From the sequence record MK327931.1: a stretch of DNA of 64,000 nt. The stretch is one strand, 5' to 3'. Under the pieces are notes generated by a model. The model saw nothing but the letters and a program-made list of their open reading frames with translations. It had not been told where the DNA came from and did no database searches. Numbering within the stretch: the first letter of the stretch is position 1; the number at the start of each line of letters is the position of its first letter. Positions 48,869 to 59,453 of this stretch are shown in pieces. This DNA is from Escherichia phage vB_EcoM_G17. The position numbers and the translations under genes are program-made.

Positions 48869-49029
48869 AATCGTACCAGTAGTTCAATTAAGTACATTTC
48901 ATATGCTGGATCGTTGATAAGTTTATCATACAGATGTGGCTCTGAAATGAATTCCCAATGATACTTTAGCCATCTACCGATACCCGAATATCTAAAATTA
49001 ATGTCATTCATCCATTCTTCATGTGTCAT
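48865..49029 (-). CDS. MTHEEWM small protein (54 aa), tandem copy 2
   Basis: MTHEEWMNDINFRYSGIGRWLKYHWEFISEP...; ATGA overlap with neighbours; not in ORF track (<60 aa). Confidence 0.55.
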
Positions 49030-49190
49030 AATCGTACCATTATTTCAATAAAGAACCACGGATACACTTCATGATTCATAAGTTTATCGTATTCTGCTGG
49101 GTCTGATATGATTTCCCAATGATACTTTAGCCAACTACCGATACCCGAATATCTAAAATTAATGTCATTCATCCATTCTTCATGCGTCAT
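49026..49190 (-). CDS. MTHEEWM small protein (54 aa), tandem copy 3
   Basis: MTHEEWMNDINFRYSGIGSWLKYHWEIISDP...; about 70 bp nearly identical to copy 2. Confidence 0.55.
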   Translation of the reverse strand: MTHEEWMNDINFRYSGIGSWLKYHWEIISDPAEYDKLMNHEVYPWFFIEIMVRL

Positions 49191-49213
49191 GGTTTTTAAC
49201 CTTTAATTAAAAT

Positions 49214-49290
49214 TGGCCGAGGTAGAGGGACTTGAACCCCCAACCTAGAGATTAGAATTCTCTTGCACTATCCAATTGTGCTATACCCCG
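49214..49290 (-). tRNA. tRNA-Arg (anticodon UCU), CCA encoded
   Basis: Acceptor CGGGGTA/TACCTCG, D-arm GCAC-AATTGGATA-GTGC, anticodon arm AGAGA-ATTCTAA-TCTCT, T-arm GGGGG-TTCAAGT-CCCTC. Confidence 0.8.
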
Positions 49291-49294
49291 TATT

Positions 49295-49410
<116 letters not shown>

Positions 49411-49443
49411 ATGTTATGTCCCATTATATAATGAATTAATGAT

Positions 49444-49659
49444 TTATGCAAGTGCTTTAGATACACCGACACCAATAATTCCAGTGATATCGATATGGAT
49501 ATTGGCAAGTTGATTACTATCATATGGGTTTGTTTCTGTAATAACCAATGTTGTATCATTGACTAAAACCACAGTACCTTTTACACGATAACCATGTAGT
49601 AGTACTTGAACCTCATCTTCAGGTTTTAATGATTGAATAACTTCAAATAAAGTTGTTTC
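49444..49659 (-). CDS. hypothetical protein (71 aa)
   Basis: Start taken at internal METTLFEV with RBS aaggaa; longer track ORF (to 49770) would overlap neighbour. Confidence 0.45.
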   Translation of the reverse strand, partial: ETTLFEVIQSLKPEDEVQVLLHGYRVKGTVVLVNDTTLVITETNPYDSNQLANIHIDITGIIGVGVSKALA

Positions 49660-49678
49660 CATTTTTTGTATTCCTTGT

Positions 49679-49861
49679 TTAGTTTTGATTATTTGACTTT
49701 CTAAATGCCAGTTCGCATATAAACCAGGGTTTTCTGGTATCCAAAACATATGACCTGAAAAGATTTTCATCTCTTAATATATCATAATGTACCTGACGAA
49801 TGCCATTCCCAAAGCAGTCATGTTCTTTATGCTGTTTGGACATCCATTCTTCGTGTGTCAT
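49679..49861 (-). CDS. MTHEEW small protein, subfamily 2
   Basis: MTHEEWMSKQHKEHDCFGNGIRQVHYDILRDENLF...; track extends start to 49879. Confidence 0.55.
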   Translation of the reverse strand: MTHEEWMSKQHKEHDCFGNGIRQVHYDILRDENLFRSYVLDTRKPWFICELAFRKSNNQN

Positions 49862-49862
49862 T

Positions 49863-50198
<336 letters not shown>

Positions 50199-50203
50199 TC
50201 TTA

Positions 50204-50380
50204 CTATTTTTTATCTCTAATAGCAAGCTCGTAGATGAACCAGTGGTTGGAATCTTCGTCCAAAACCAATGATTCGAACGTTTTTTTATCGTTCAAAACA
50301 TCATAATGGCCTTGGCGTATACCAAATCCAAAATGATCATGTTTATATTTTAGTGACTCTATCCATTCTTCATGTGTCAT
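50204..50380 (-). CDS. MTHEEW small protein, subfamily 2
   Basis: MTHEEWIESLKYKHDHFGFGIRQGHYDVLNDKKTF... Confidence 0.55.
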   Translation of the reverse strand: MTHEEWIESLKYKHDHFGFGIRQGHYDVLNDKKTFESLVLDEDSNHWFIYELAIRDKK

Positions 50381-50458
50381 TTTATGTATCCAGTTCAATT
50401 AAGTGTTTCATTTATTCTTCTGTAAAGAAAGCATTGCAATGGACAATGGAAAAGGTTA

Positions 50459-50638
50459 TTATATTTTTTTGTCTCTAACCGCAAGCTCATAGATGAACCA
50501 ACGATTTCCATTCTCATCTAGTACATATGATTCGAACTTATATTTGTCTCGTAAAATATCGAAATGACCATCAATAAATCCATTTCCAAACTGGTCATAA
50601 CGTTTTTTCATCATTGCCATCCATTCTTCATGTGTCAT
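50459..50638 (-). CDS. MTHEEW small protein, subfamily 2 (59 aa, not in ORF track)
   Basis: MTHEEWMAMMKKRYDQFGNGFIDGHFDILRDKYKF... Confidence 0.5.
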   Translation of the reverse strand: MTHEEWMAMMKKRYDQFGNGFIDGHFDILRDKYKFESYVLDENGNRWFIYELAVRDKKI

Positions 50639-50820
50639 CTCTTAATATCCATAACGGCTATACTAAAATATGTACCAAAATCATCACAATTGATAATGTT
50701 GTTATAGTACTCAATTGGGTTACGCAATGATATATACAATTCAAGCTTAAAATAGTATATATCTGCTGCATTTATATTATAGTGTAGATTAAACCACTCA
50801 TCAAATGTCTTAGGCTGCAT
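50635..50820 (-). CDS. hypothetical protein (61 aa)
   Basis: ORF in array. Confidence 0.45.
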   Translation of the reverse strand: MQPKTFDEWFNLHYNINAADIYYFKLELYISLRNPIEYYNNIINCDDFGTYFSIAVMDIKR

Positions 50821-51214
50821 TATATTTATCTTTATAAAAATCCATGATTTTAGTCAACAGTACTGCAATCGTATAATCTAAATCAGGATAAAGTAAATTG
50901 TACTGAAATTCTTCCTCAACACTATAGTTAGTGGTACAGTACTGGTAATCTTTATAACCTATTGAAAAATAATTCGGATACAATGTACAACGAAAGCGAT
51001 AAGCTTCATCTGTCATATAATCATTGTATTCAACACAGAAGTATAGTGATTTTGAATTTAATTCGATAAGCTCAACGAATCCATCAGGTAATGAATGGTT
51101 ATAAATTACTGAATCTTCATTAAACCATTCATAGTATTTTTCCAAAAAATCACTAATGGATACATCCAGACTTTGTATAGGTGGAGTTATGATAATTTGA
51201 ACTTCTTTATTCAT
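50810..51214 (-). CDS. EE-FQ-S family small protein (divergent)
   Basis: YSVEEEFQYNLLYPDLDYT. Confidence 0.5.
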   Translation of the reverse strand: MNKEVQIIITPPIQSLDVSISDFLEKYYEWFNEDSVIYNHSLPDGFVELIELNSKSLYFCVEYNDYMTDEAYRFRCTLYPNYFSIGYKDYQYCTTNYSVEEEFQYNLLYPDLDYTIAVLLTKIMDFYKDKYNAA

Positions 51215-51714
51215 TTCGACCCCTTACTATATTTCACGTATGGGTTATCATACAGATCATAACTTTTTTGTGCACGTTCTTTTCGGCGTTCATACATGAT
51301 TCTATCATACTCTTTAGCTTTCTGATTTGCTTCATTATACAATTTTAAAATTAGCAAAAATGCATCAAGATCGGGATAGTTTGCCGGATTGATAGTACTC
51401 AGCATAAATCGTTCTTCTTCAGTTCTAGCTAAGTCAAATTCATACTTAATAGTTTTATACCCACTCCATTTATATATATGCGTTACTTTATTAGTAAGTA
51501 CATTATATTCAACGAAGTCAGTACTACCATCAAGTACACGAGTAATCTTAATAGATGTACCAATGACAATCTGCACAGAACTCATTTCTGAAGTTTTAAA
51601 GTAATAAATGTTATTACGGCGAAGATTAACTTCTCGATCTCCAATGCGAACATGCTTAATAACTTCCATTAATGGTTCTGGGACACCACGAATCGGCATG
51701 TTAGTATTCCTCAA
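51211..51714 (-). CDS. EE-FQ-S family small protein
   Basis: RTEEERFMLSTINPANYPDLDAFL. Confidence 0.55.
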   Translation of the reverse strand: MRNTNMPIRGVPEPLMEVIKHVRIGDREVNLRRNNIYYFKTSEMSSVQIVIGTSIKITRVLDGSTDFVEYNVLTNKVTHIYKWSGYKTIKYEFDLARTEEERFMLSTINPANYPDLDAFLLILKLYNEANQKAKEYDRIMYERRKERAQKSYDLYDNPYVKYSKGSK

Positions 51715-52270
51715 TAACGGTTAGGAATCTATCCCAACCAGTATAAGTGAAATGATCAAAGTATTGTTTTTCGCCACCTACCATATATACTTCAATTAAA
51801 CCGTGGTCGAAATAATTTTTTGGTTTTTTAACTTCAGTTACGATTGCTTTATGTCTGAAACCATTATAATCAGTATATGTTACAATATCGTGAATTTTGA
51901 TATTATCAGGTGTATAAGTGTTGGCGTTATTATTGAGAACATGAAGATGATGGTCTACGATTTCTTTACTGGAAATTACTCCAAATATGTTACCAGAAAA
52001 TACTTTATTACCATTACAGGTCAATGCCCAGCCATCACCAACTTCAATAGATTCAAATACATAATGTGTGCAAATTTTAGATACATCTGACGTATCCCAG
52101 TAATCACCATCAAGATTGGTGAATTTATAAACAGTTTTGAGTTTTTCGCCATCAAATGAAAGCAATGATACTCCGATAACAACCGTTCCGTCTTTAAGAA
52201 TAATATTAAATTTATTATTTGTATTAAAATATGCTTCTGACTCATATGTGTTGAATTTAATAAAGTTCAT
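51701..52270 (-). CDS. hypothetical protein (189 aa)
   Basis: ORF in array. Confidence 0.6.
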   Translation of the reverse strand: MNFIKFNTYESEAYFNTNNKFNIILKDGTVVIGVSLLSFDGEKLKTVYKFTNLDGDYWDTSDVSKICTHYVFESIEVGDGWALTCNGNKVFSGNIFGVISSKEIVDHHLHVLNNNANTYTPDNIKIHDIVTYTDYNGFRHKAIVTEVKKPKNYFDHGLIEVYMVGGEKQYFDHFTYTGWDRFLTVIEEY

Positions 52271-52317
52271 ATGTTCTCCTTAGTAAGTCATAGTATTATA
52301 TCAGAGTTTCATTGCAC

Positions 52318-52710
52318 TTACCAGCATGTTTTCATAACTTCTGTGATGTAAATCATTTTATCTTTAAGTTCGTGAGGGATGCAAATTTCACCTGGGTTTA
52401 ACGTTGTGTTCTTTTGAAACTCATCTTCTTCGGAATCAGCCAGGTAAAATGGGTGTGTCACAAAGGTATCATCAACTGTACGCTTATTTGGTTTCATTAA
52501 TGCATCATGATTTATAAAATAATAGGCATCAATATCAGGACGGTAATACAAACAATCAACCTTGAAGTTCGGGTGTAACCATAAAGACAACGAATAGGTC
52601 ATTTGGTTACCAATTTGTCTTGGTCCAGTAGTAATTGTATTGATGTTATTTTTATCTTGCACCATTTCATAAATGAAATCTATCATTTCGTGTAGTTCTG
52701 ATTCAGTCAT
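52318..52710 (-). CDS. EE-FQ-S family small protein
   Basis: DSEEDEFQKNTTLNPGE. Confidence 0.55.
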   Translation of the reverse strand: MTESELHEMIDFIYEMVQDKNNINTITTGPRQIGNQMTYSLSLWLHPNFKVDCLYYRPDIDAYYFINHDALMKPNKRTVDDTFVTHPFYLADSEEDEFQKNTTLNPGEICIPHELKDKMIYITEVMKTCW

Positions 52711-52764
52711 TTTATTTCCTTAAAAAAATACCCAGTACTTGACTGGGTATTTACAAAGTAACGT

Positions 52765-52914
52765 TTAATCAGATTTCTTTTCGTAATCTGTAAAAACAGT
52801 CAGGATTGTTGCACATAGTGAATCAACTACTGATGCACGTGTGTTATCAAGGTCTTTAGCTAGTGCTTGAATCTCTTGAAGTTTTACTACTAAGTCGATT
52901 TTTTGATTACTCAT
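52765..52914 (-). CDS. hypothetical small protein (49 aa), not in ORF track
   Basis: MSNQKIDLVVKLQEIQALAKDLDN...; RBS aggag. Confidence 0.45.
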   Translation of the reverse strand: MSNQKIDLVVKLQEIQALAKDLDNTRASVVDSLCATILTVFTDYEKKSD

Positions 52915-52936
52915 TACTTCTCCTATTGGATGTTTT

Positions 52937-53227
52937 TTAGATATTAATTTTTATACCACTAAGGTCTAGAACTTTTTTATTAGATACTGTTTCTGATTCT
53001 AATTTAGTTTCTTTTACCTCAGTGTTAATATTTACGTCATCTTTGAGAATATCAGGGATAATACCATGTTGAATATCATCGTACATAGAAACAACGGTTT
53101 CGGCACAAGATAACATTTCACGAACTTTGTACTGATAACCCTGTGGTAACTCATTGATGATTTCCATAATATCTAGTAATTTAGTTTGGACATCAATAAG
53201 AATTTTTCTTGATTTTTCTGGTTCCAT
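52937..53227 (-). CDS. hypothetical protein (96 aa)
   Basis: ORF in array. Confidence 0.5.
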   Translation of the reverse strand: MEPEKSRKILIDVQTKLLDIMEIINELPQGYQYKVREMLSCAETVVSMYDDIQHGIIPDILKDDVNINTEVKETKLESETVSNKKVLDLSGIKINI

Positions 53228-53733
53228 TACTCCAACTCCACAACATTACTTTTTTTGGATTTAATCACTGATGGTGGCTCATTAACGCTTGTTTGACCAC
53301 GAAGTGATTTTTCCAACGCAATGATGCGTTTTAAAGTTTTTATTGATGGTCGCTTCTTCGTCAACTCAGCTTTTGCTTCTGAATAATATTTTCTTACATA
53401 TCCATAGGCATAATATTTTGAACCAATGAAAATTTCAGCAACTACTGGATTTGAGTATTGTGTATCAATTCCATCTAGATCCGTGTCTACCGAGTAGAAT
53501 GAAATATTTGTATCACATGCTGAAATTTTAGCCACCAAAAGATTTGCATCGAACTTATCTAAAATTAGAGAAATTGTTTTTTCGGCATCAGCACTATATG
53601 GCATAGCAGACATTAAAAGTTGGAATGTCTTAAAGTACTTACTTCCACTAATCATGGTATTGAAAATCAATCCAATGGTGATTAATGCAAGTGTACCAAT
53701 ACACACAAACAAAAACCAATATTCAACACTCAT
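53227..53733 (-). CDS. membrane-anchored protein (168 aa)
   Basis: N-terminal TM FLFVCIGTLALITIGLIFNTMI. Confidence 0.6.
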   Translation of the reverse strand: MSVEYWFLFVCIGTLALITIGLIFNTMISGSKYFKTFQLLMSAMPYSADAEKTISLILDKFDANLLVAKISACDTNISFYSVDTDLDGIDTQYSNPVVAEIFIGSKYYAYGYVRKYYSEAKAELTKKRPSIKTLKRIIALEKSLRGQTSVNEPPSVIKSKKSNVVELE

Positions 53734-53798
53734 TTATAAATCCTCTTACTTTATATGATTAAAATGCCCCATCAAAAATGATGAGGCGGTAAGATAAA

Positions 53799-54008
53799 TT
53801 ACTTACGATTTGCTTTACGCAGTTCAGATAGTTCTTCTTGAAGACTTTTCTTCCATGCAATCAAGTGAGCAAAACGGATTGGCCTTGCACCAGTACCGTG
53901 GAATACTGCTAGAGCTTCTTCTGCTTGATGAATCTGGAATTGAATGTAGTTCACAGTGCGGTCGAAGTCGGTGATATCTAGTACTTGTGCGTTAGTTTCT
54001 TTAGCCAT
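53799..54008 (-). CDS. hypothetical protein (69 aa)
   Basis: ORF in array. Confidence 0.5.
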   Translation of the reverse strand: MAKETNAQVLDITDFDRTVNYIQFQIHQAEEALAVFHGTGARPIRFAHLIAWKKSLQEELSELRKANRK

Positions 54009-54123
54009 TTTAATACCCTTTTATTTCTTTTTTATGAAAAACCCTCATCATTGAGGAATGGTTTGCATTTTAATATCTGCCGATAACAAACATTATATCA
54101 CAATATCTGTTCTTGTCCAATTT

Positions 54124-54420
54124 TTAATTATTAGAAAGAACAATTTTTGAAACTGGTAAATCTGTATTATTTACACGTTGTTCATTATATCCATTCTGTA
54201 CAAGAATGTCAATAACTTTAGACTTATCAATTGTAAATGATTCTAACATATCATATCGGTAATAACCAATAGTCTGACTGAACTCATATTTTCCTGGCTG
54301 TTGACGACAACACGTATTTGTTTCAGCCATAATCTTATTGATTAGGTAATATGTTTCAGTACTATCAATATTTGGAATATAGATCTTATCATCAAAATGA
54401 ATTACTTCATGTTTATTCAT
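54124..54420 (-). CDS. hypothetical protein
   Basis: Start taken at MNKHEVIHF to limit overlap; track gives 54124..54483. Confidence 0.45.
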   Translation of the reverse strand: MNKHEVIHFDDKIYIPNIDSTETYYLINKIMAETNTCCRQQPGKYEFSQTIGYYRYDMLESFTIDKSKVIDILVQNGYNEQRVNNTDLPVSKIVLSNN

Positions 54421-54682
54421 AGAGTGATTCAATCTCCGCTTTAAGAATGGAAATAATCTCTTTCTGAAGGCCAGTAATTTCACTGTTCAAAGATGATAGT
54501 CGCTTCGATAATGCCATGAATTGCTTTGCATCTTCTTTAGAACGGTCATTTCGTACTTTATCAGAACTCCAGTTAGCATATGATTGCTCATCTTTCCTGT
54601 TAAGGATATCCCAGTCTAAACGTACTAGTTTACGTTCTTTCTTCAGTTCGCTTAAGCGAGATTTCATTTCTTCTTTAGTCAT
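54413..54682 (-). CDS. hypothetical protein (89 aa)
   Basis: ORF in array. Confidence 0.5.
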   Translation of the reverse strand: MTKEEMKSRLSELKKERKLVRLDWDILNRKDEQSYANWSSDKVRNDRSKEDAKQFMALSKRLSSLNSEITGLQKEIISILKAEIESLYE

Positions 54683-54972
54683 TAAATTGTTCCTTTCATG
54701 AAGTCTGGAATAACGATTACGATAGGAGGATTATACTCTACATAACCATTTTTTGTCAATAGACTTTTAATATCTGAAATCACATTATCATGCTGTTCAA
54801 TATCTTTATCACAAAAGATTTCCAATTCTTTCTGAAACGGTTTTTTAACCGAGATGTTTTGAGTCAGTGTTTGGATTCTCTGTAACATATCAATTGGATC
54901 TGGACTGAACTCATTACCAACATAAAGAGTACCAGATGCATCTTTTTCTAGCAAGACTTCTAAAATTTTCAT
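54682..54972 (-). CDS. hypothetical protein (96 aa)
   Basis: ORF in array. Confidence 0.5.
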   Translation of the reverse strand: MKILEVLLEKDASGTLYVGNEFSPDPIDMLQRIQTLTQNISVKKPFQKELEIFCDKDIEQHDNVISDIKSLLTKNGYVEYNPPIVIVIPDFMKGTI

Positions 54973-55805
54973 TTCGTATCCTTCAATTTACTAAAGTTTT
55001 CTCGTGTAAATCCAGGAACTGGAAAATATACATCACAGTCAACATCAGGATTCATAATTACCATGTCATTACATATTATATCACGAATTTTACTGCCGTC
55101 CACGATTTTTTGCATTAAATCATTCCATTTTTTACGAGAAATAACGAATGTACTAATTATACATAAATCATGTCCACGTTTTGAAATATATCCTAGTACT
55201 TCATTATCGTAAACAACACGTATGGTAACTTTTCCAATTGTAACCCCTCTTACTGGATTAATACTAGTATCTTCAAAAATTAATTCTAATTTAAGTTTAC
55301 CATTCGAAATAAGTGATGAAGTATATTTAGAAACCATTTTATCAATTTCTTGAGTTAAATCATCTCTACCTAGATATTCAAATACAGAATAAGTTAATTC
55401 GTCTGCACCTAACTGTTGGATAGTTGGAAGCTGTGCAACCATATCTAAAGATACAGGTTCGATATATATTCTTTCAATATCAGAAGATTGTACAAATAGA
55501 CAACCATCAGGTGTCGTATCTCTAACAATTTCGGCATAATATGTATAAAGATAAAAAACATTAGACTCGGATGAGTCAGTTTCTACCCAAATCTCAGATT
55601 GTTTCATTTCATCTTTATGAAGAATTCGTTGAGTAAATCCTATGTAAAAACCAAGATATAAATCATCATCAGTTTCAAACGGATTAAACATCAAATACGG
55701 ATATTTGTCAAGGTACTCATTGAACTTACGCTGTACATCTCTATCACAATCCATGATATACTTTCGGAATTCAGAAATGATTATTTTTTCTAATGACATA
55801 ATCAA
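54969..55805 (-). CDS. hypothetical protein (278 aa)
   Basis: Long ORF. Confidence 0.65.
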   Translation of the reverse strand: MIMSLEKIIISEFRKYIMDCDRDVQRKFNEYLDKYPYLMFNPFETDDDLYLGFYIGFTQRILHKDEMKQSEIWVETDSSESNVFYLYTYYAEIVRDTTPDGCLFVQSSDIERIYIEPVSLDMVAQLPTIQQLGADELTYSVFEYLGRDDLTQEIDKMVSKYTSSLISNGKLKLELIFEDTSINPVRGVTIGKVTIRVVYDNEVLGYISKRGHDLCIISTFVISRKKWNDLMQKIVDGSKIRDIICNDMVIMNPDVDCDVYFPVPGFTRENFSKLKDTK

Positions 55806-55999
55806 TCCTCAAGATGCATGTAGTACATAAACATCGCCAACCATATAAAAAACCCGAAACAACGAAGTAAAATATCAATTGTTGGATCTGTCCCACCATT
55901 AACTTGGTAAACGATTACTGGGATTAAAGCAATAGTAATAGACACAGCACATAAGATGAATGCAACAAACACCTCAAACATAAACTTAATCGTTTCCAT
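55802..55999 (-). CDS. small membrane protein (65 aa)
   Basis: Two hydrophobic segments. Confidence 0.5.
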   Translation of the reverse strand: METIKFMFEVFVAFILCAVSITIALIPVIVYQVNGGTDPTIDILLRCFGFFIWLAMFMYYMHLED

Positions 56000-56558
56000 T
56001 ATTATCCTTCAATGTGTAGTGTAGTACATCTAAAAAGTTATACATTGATTCATTACGCATAACCTTGATTGTTAAATTACGACAACCCAACATACGTTTG
56101 AGGCGACGCTTCACCGCAGTTAAATCATGTGTACTATTCGTATACAGACCATTAACCTGACCTGGAACAGTTGGCACATGAAGAATGTAATCATAATTCA
56201 TTAGTAAGCGTTGATTATATTTCTTTAATGCTTGCTTGTATTCTGAAATATTTTCAAAGAATGTACAATAACGGTCGTAACGATTCATTTTATTCAAAAT
56301 TGAAATACGAAAAGCGTTACCACTATTCCAATCATCTTCAGTTGGGTTTGGGTTGATATGTGCCATGTTAGCTGTACTGTACCCACCACTTGTGAAAACT
56401 TCAGAATATCCATTCTCAAAAACATACAATGTTGCTTTGTGGCCTCGGAATTCTTTACGGTACTTTGACAGTACTTGAATGTGATTACGCTTGGACTTGT
56501 ACATCTCGTAACCTTCATAATCTGAACTGAATTCACAAATTTTATCAACACCAGCCAT
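55986..56558 (-). CDS. hypothetical protein (190 aa)
   Basis: Long ORF; no motif assigned. Confidence 0.6.
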   Translation of the reverse strand: MAGVDKICEFSSDYEGYEMYKSKRNHIQVLSKYRKEFRGHKATLYVFENGYSEVFTSGGYSTANMAHINPNPTEDDWNSGNAFRISILNKMNRYDRYCTFFENISEYKQALKKYNQRLLMNYDYILHVPTVPGQVNGLYTNSTHDLTAVKRRLKRMLGCRNLTIKVMRNESMYNFLDVLHYTLKDNNGND

Positions 56559-56758
56559 TTCGTATATCCTCGTTTAATTAATATAGGAGTATTATATATA
56601 CTCCATTTTCATGTGTCAAGCTTTATAATACGGAAGACTTTTTACTAAAGATTCAGACGTATTATTTTTTACCCATGTACTACCGTTATCATTAGATACG
56701 TATCCAGTACCATTAATAAATTTACGCATAATACCAGTAAAAATATTAGTATACACCA

Positions 56759-56956
56759 TTACTCAGTATCCTTTGGTTTAGAATGTAAACCATACTTTTC
56801 ATCATAACGATCATAGGTAGTACCATTAGTACTAGCTTTGATGCTTTCAGTACGATTGATTGGTTCAATCTTAACACCACGATAACCAATCTCTTCTTTA
56901 AATTGTTCCCATGATTCACGTAAACTCATTTTAGCCCCTTTTGTTATTTCATACAC
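56759..56956 (-). CDS. hypothetical protein (65 aa)
   Basis: ORF in array. Confidence 0.45.
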   Translation of the reverse strand: MYEITKGAKMSLRESWEQFKEEIGYRGVKIEPINRTESIKASTNGTTYDRYDEKYGLHSKPKDTE

Positions 56957-57087
56957 TCACGTAGGTCAATCTTTTCTACTGACCCACCGAGCACTAGATA
57001 GTGAAAATTAGAATCTTTGTTTGCCATATTCAAAAGATCTGCTTTCTGTTGAAGCGTAAAGCGTGAAGTACTGTTACGTACTGGCAT
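56944..57087 (-). CDS. hypothetical small protein (47 aa), not in ORF track
   Basis: MPVRNSTSRFTLQQKADLLNMANKD...; RBS aaggag. Confidence 0.4.
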   Translation of the reverse strand: MPVRNSTSRFTLQQKADLLNMANKDSNFHYLVLGGSVEKIDLRECMK

Positions 57088-57089
57088 AG

Positions 57090-57533
57090 TTACTCCTTAA
57101 AGTAGATATCACGAATTTGTTTAATCATCTCTAACTCTTGAAGTCCTATCATACCAAAGTCTTCTTGTATTGTCAACTGCTGAAAGTACATTTCCTCTAA
57201 ATTATCATAAGGAATATCCACTAATGATAAAGGAACACGTTCACCACGGTATAGCAGATCTTCAACTAAAAGTTTTAAAATCATGATAGAAAATGAATCT
57301 TTTTGGATATGAAATTTGTAAAATGTCTGGTTAGTACTGAACATTGTATTTGATGGATTGAAACCCATTTCAACAAATACTGTATCTTTATCATTATGTG
57401 TGACATATGTACATCTTGAATTCGCAAGAACTTTAGATTTTGGGAAATAAAAATCACCCATCAACTTCTGTCGTTTCCAATCCTCGTATACAACTGGATG
57501 CTTAACCTTCTTCAATTGGTGCAGTACTGTCAT
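57090..57533 (-). CDS. EE-FQ-S family small protein
   Basis: NLEEMYFQQLTIQEDFGMIGLQEL. Confidence 0.6.
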   Translation of the reverse strand: MTVLHQLKKVKHPVVYEDWKRQKLMGDFYFPKSKVLANSRCTYVTHNDKDTVFVEMGFNPSNTMFSTNQTFYKFHIQKDSFSIMILKLLVEDLLYRGERVPLSLVDIPYDNLEEMYFQQLTIQEDFGMIGLQELEMIKQIRDIYFKE

Positions 57534-57913
57534 AGTTTTTTCCAGTCCAATGAATCGAAATCGATTTGCTCAGGATTATCAACAGCGACAACTCGTGCAT
57601 TATGAAGAGTTTCAAAGTAGCCGTTCCACGGTGTTCGTAATGGAACTGTCACATCGCCAACTTTAACCAAGAATGAATATTCTGGTGATATTGGGTCAAA
57701 CCACTCTTTTTGTTTAGCATTTTCAACGATAGTTTCGTGTTCTTTAGTATAGCAATTATCTTGCTTCATATAAAACACCCAATGCTCTTTTAGGCACTGT
57801 AAAGCAGCAACTGCTTCCTCTTTAGAAGACCATTGAATATCAATTGTATTAAGAACGTCATAACAATTTTCAGTGTCCCCTGTAGTATAATGTACTTCAA
57901 TGCTGTATTTCAT
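57530..57913 (-). CDS. hypothetical protein (127 aa)
   Basis: ORF in array. Confidence 0.55.
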   Translation of the reverse strand: MKYSIEVHYTTGDTENCYDVLNTIDIQWSSKEEAVAALQCLKEHWVFYMKQDNCYTKEHETIVENAKQKEWFDPISPEYSFLVKVGDVTVPLRTPWNGYFETLHNARVVAVDNPEQIDFDSLDWKKL

Positions 57914-58368
57914 TAATCATCGCCTTTTAGTAATTTACAAATTTCAATCATATGATAATAACATGTATTCCAAAATTGTCCATTAGTACTTCCAACATCA
58001 TGCACAGTACTTTGCTGGAACACATATTCATCGTTGAACATCATTTTAATATCATCAATGTAAAATTCTGGTTTTGAATCATTATTGTATTCAATACTCG
58101 TTTCACCATCTGGATCAAGTGAAATTGATGATATGTCGTGAATTCCTCTCGGATTTGTTGGATAAATTCTCAACGTAAGAGGATAGAAGTCTGGATCGGT
58201 TTCATAGGTATATTCGATTATGTAATAACCATCACCAGTAATTGATTGATATTTAAATGTAGTTTCAATTGAATTTGAGATGTTATATCCCAGTTTCTTT
58301 ATCTCATGTAGATGTGATAATATTTTATGTAAAGATCCTAAAACATGAATCAAATTATCAATTTTCAT
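57913..58368 (-). CDS. EE-FQ-S family small protein
   Basis: NDEYVFQQSTVHDVGS. Confidence 0.6.
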   Translation of the reverse strand: MKIDNLIHVLGSLHKILSHLHEIKKLGYNISNSIETTFKYQSITGDGYYIIEYTYETDPDFYPLTLRIYPTNPRGIHDISSISLDPDGETSIEYNNDSKPEFYIDDIKMMFNDEYVFQQSTVHDVGSTNGQFWNTCYYHMIEICKLLKGDD

Positions 58369-58907
58369 TTACGATCCTTTGAAAAGTTCAGTTTAAAAGT
58401 TTTACCAAATTCCATTGTAGCTTTACCCAGATTGTTAATATTTTCTTTCAACATTTCTTGCATCTTCCTAATACTTTCAATCCAGGCTTCTTCTTCGATA
58501 CGAAGAATTGGTCGCAATCGTTCCTGAATATCGTTAAAACGTGTATTGAGTTCAACCAATGATTCATATGTGAAATCTTTCATATCGATAATAGTACTTC
58601 TTTGAAAGAATTCTTCTTCAGACAAATTACTTAAAATGATTTTATCACGACCAATAGATAATGTCAATTCATCATCTTTATTTTTTTTAATTACAATACT
58701 AATAGGTGTTTTTAATGTAATACAAATATCATGATTATTAAATGTTTCAGTTTGGTTTGACATTCTGAATTGAAGTTTCCCAGATAAAGCATGTACTGGT
58801 GATGGTTTCTTTTTACCAGTAATAACATCTTCCCATGAATCGAGAATATTATTAATAATTTTAACATAAGGAATTGGCATATATGCACCTATGAAAAATC
58901 CACGCAA
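58365..58907 (-). CDS. EE-FQ-S family small protein (extended C-terminus)
   Basis: LSEEEFFQRSTIIDMKDFTYESL. Confidence 0.6.
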   Translation of the reverse strand: MRGFFIGAYMPIPYVKIINNILDSWEDVITGKKKPSPVHALSGKLQFRMSNQTETFNNHDICITLKTPISIVIKKNKDDELTLSIGRDKIILSNLSEEEFFQRSTIIDMKDFTYESLVELNTRFNDIQERLRPILRIEEEAWIESIRKMQEMLKENINNLGKATMEFGKTFKLNFSKDRK

Positions 58908-58922
58908 TGCGTGGATTTGTAA

Positions 58923-59453
58923 TTATTCAAGTATAGTAATTTCAATTAAACGAATTTCGATAAACTCGTTTTCAGTTTCCCATGACGTGCCAAATTTCTT
59001 TTCAAGTTCAGATTTCACATCACTTTTAAATTTTCCCATAGTATTAGGAATAATTTGTTTGGTTAATTTGTCGTAACCACAATAAAACATAGGTTTCTCC
59101 CTTCGAGATATTAGCTGAACAAAATCTTTTGGATATGCAGGTATGTTATGCATCACTTCATGAATACACTCAGTACTTGAATCTTGTACTTTGTACATTA
59201 CATTAAGTTTACCTCTGAAATTTGCGGTCATATCAACAATAGTTCCTTTACCCGATTTAAGTAAAGTTCCATTCTTTGAATGAGAGCAATAAAATACCTC
59301 ATCACCAATATTAGGATAATACAAATTAAATTCTAATTCAGATTTTACAGCCAGCCGTTTGAAACTTTCTGTACGTTTTATATAAGTTTGGTATTTGTTT
59401 ATGTTCAAAAGAATATCTCTCTTAGTAAATGTGATATAACTGGCATAGTCCAT
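58923..59453 (-). CDS. hypothetical protein (176 aa)
   Basis: ORF; N-terminus overlaps end of methyltransferase gene. Confidence 0.55.
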   Translation of the reverse strand: MDYASYITFTKRDILLNINKYQTYIKRTESFKRLAVKSELEFNLYYPNIGDEVFYCSHSKNGTLLKSGKGTIVDMTANFRGKLNVMYKVQDSSTECIHEVMHNIPAYPKDFVQLISRREKPMFYCGYDKLTKQIIPNTMGKFKSDVKSELEKKFGTSWETENEFIEIRLIEITILE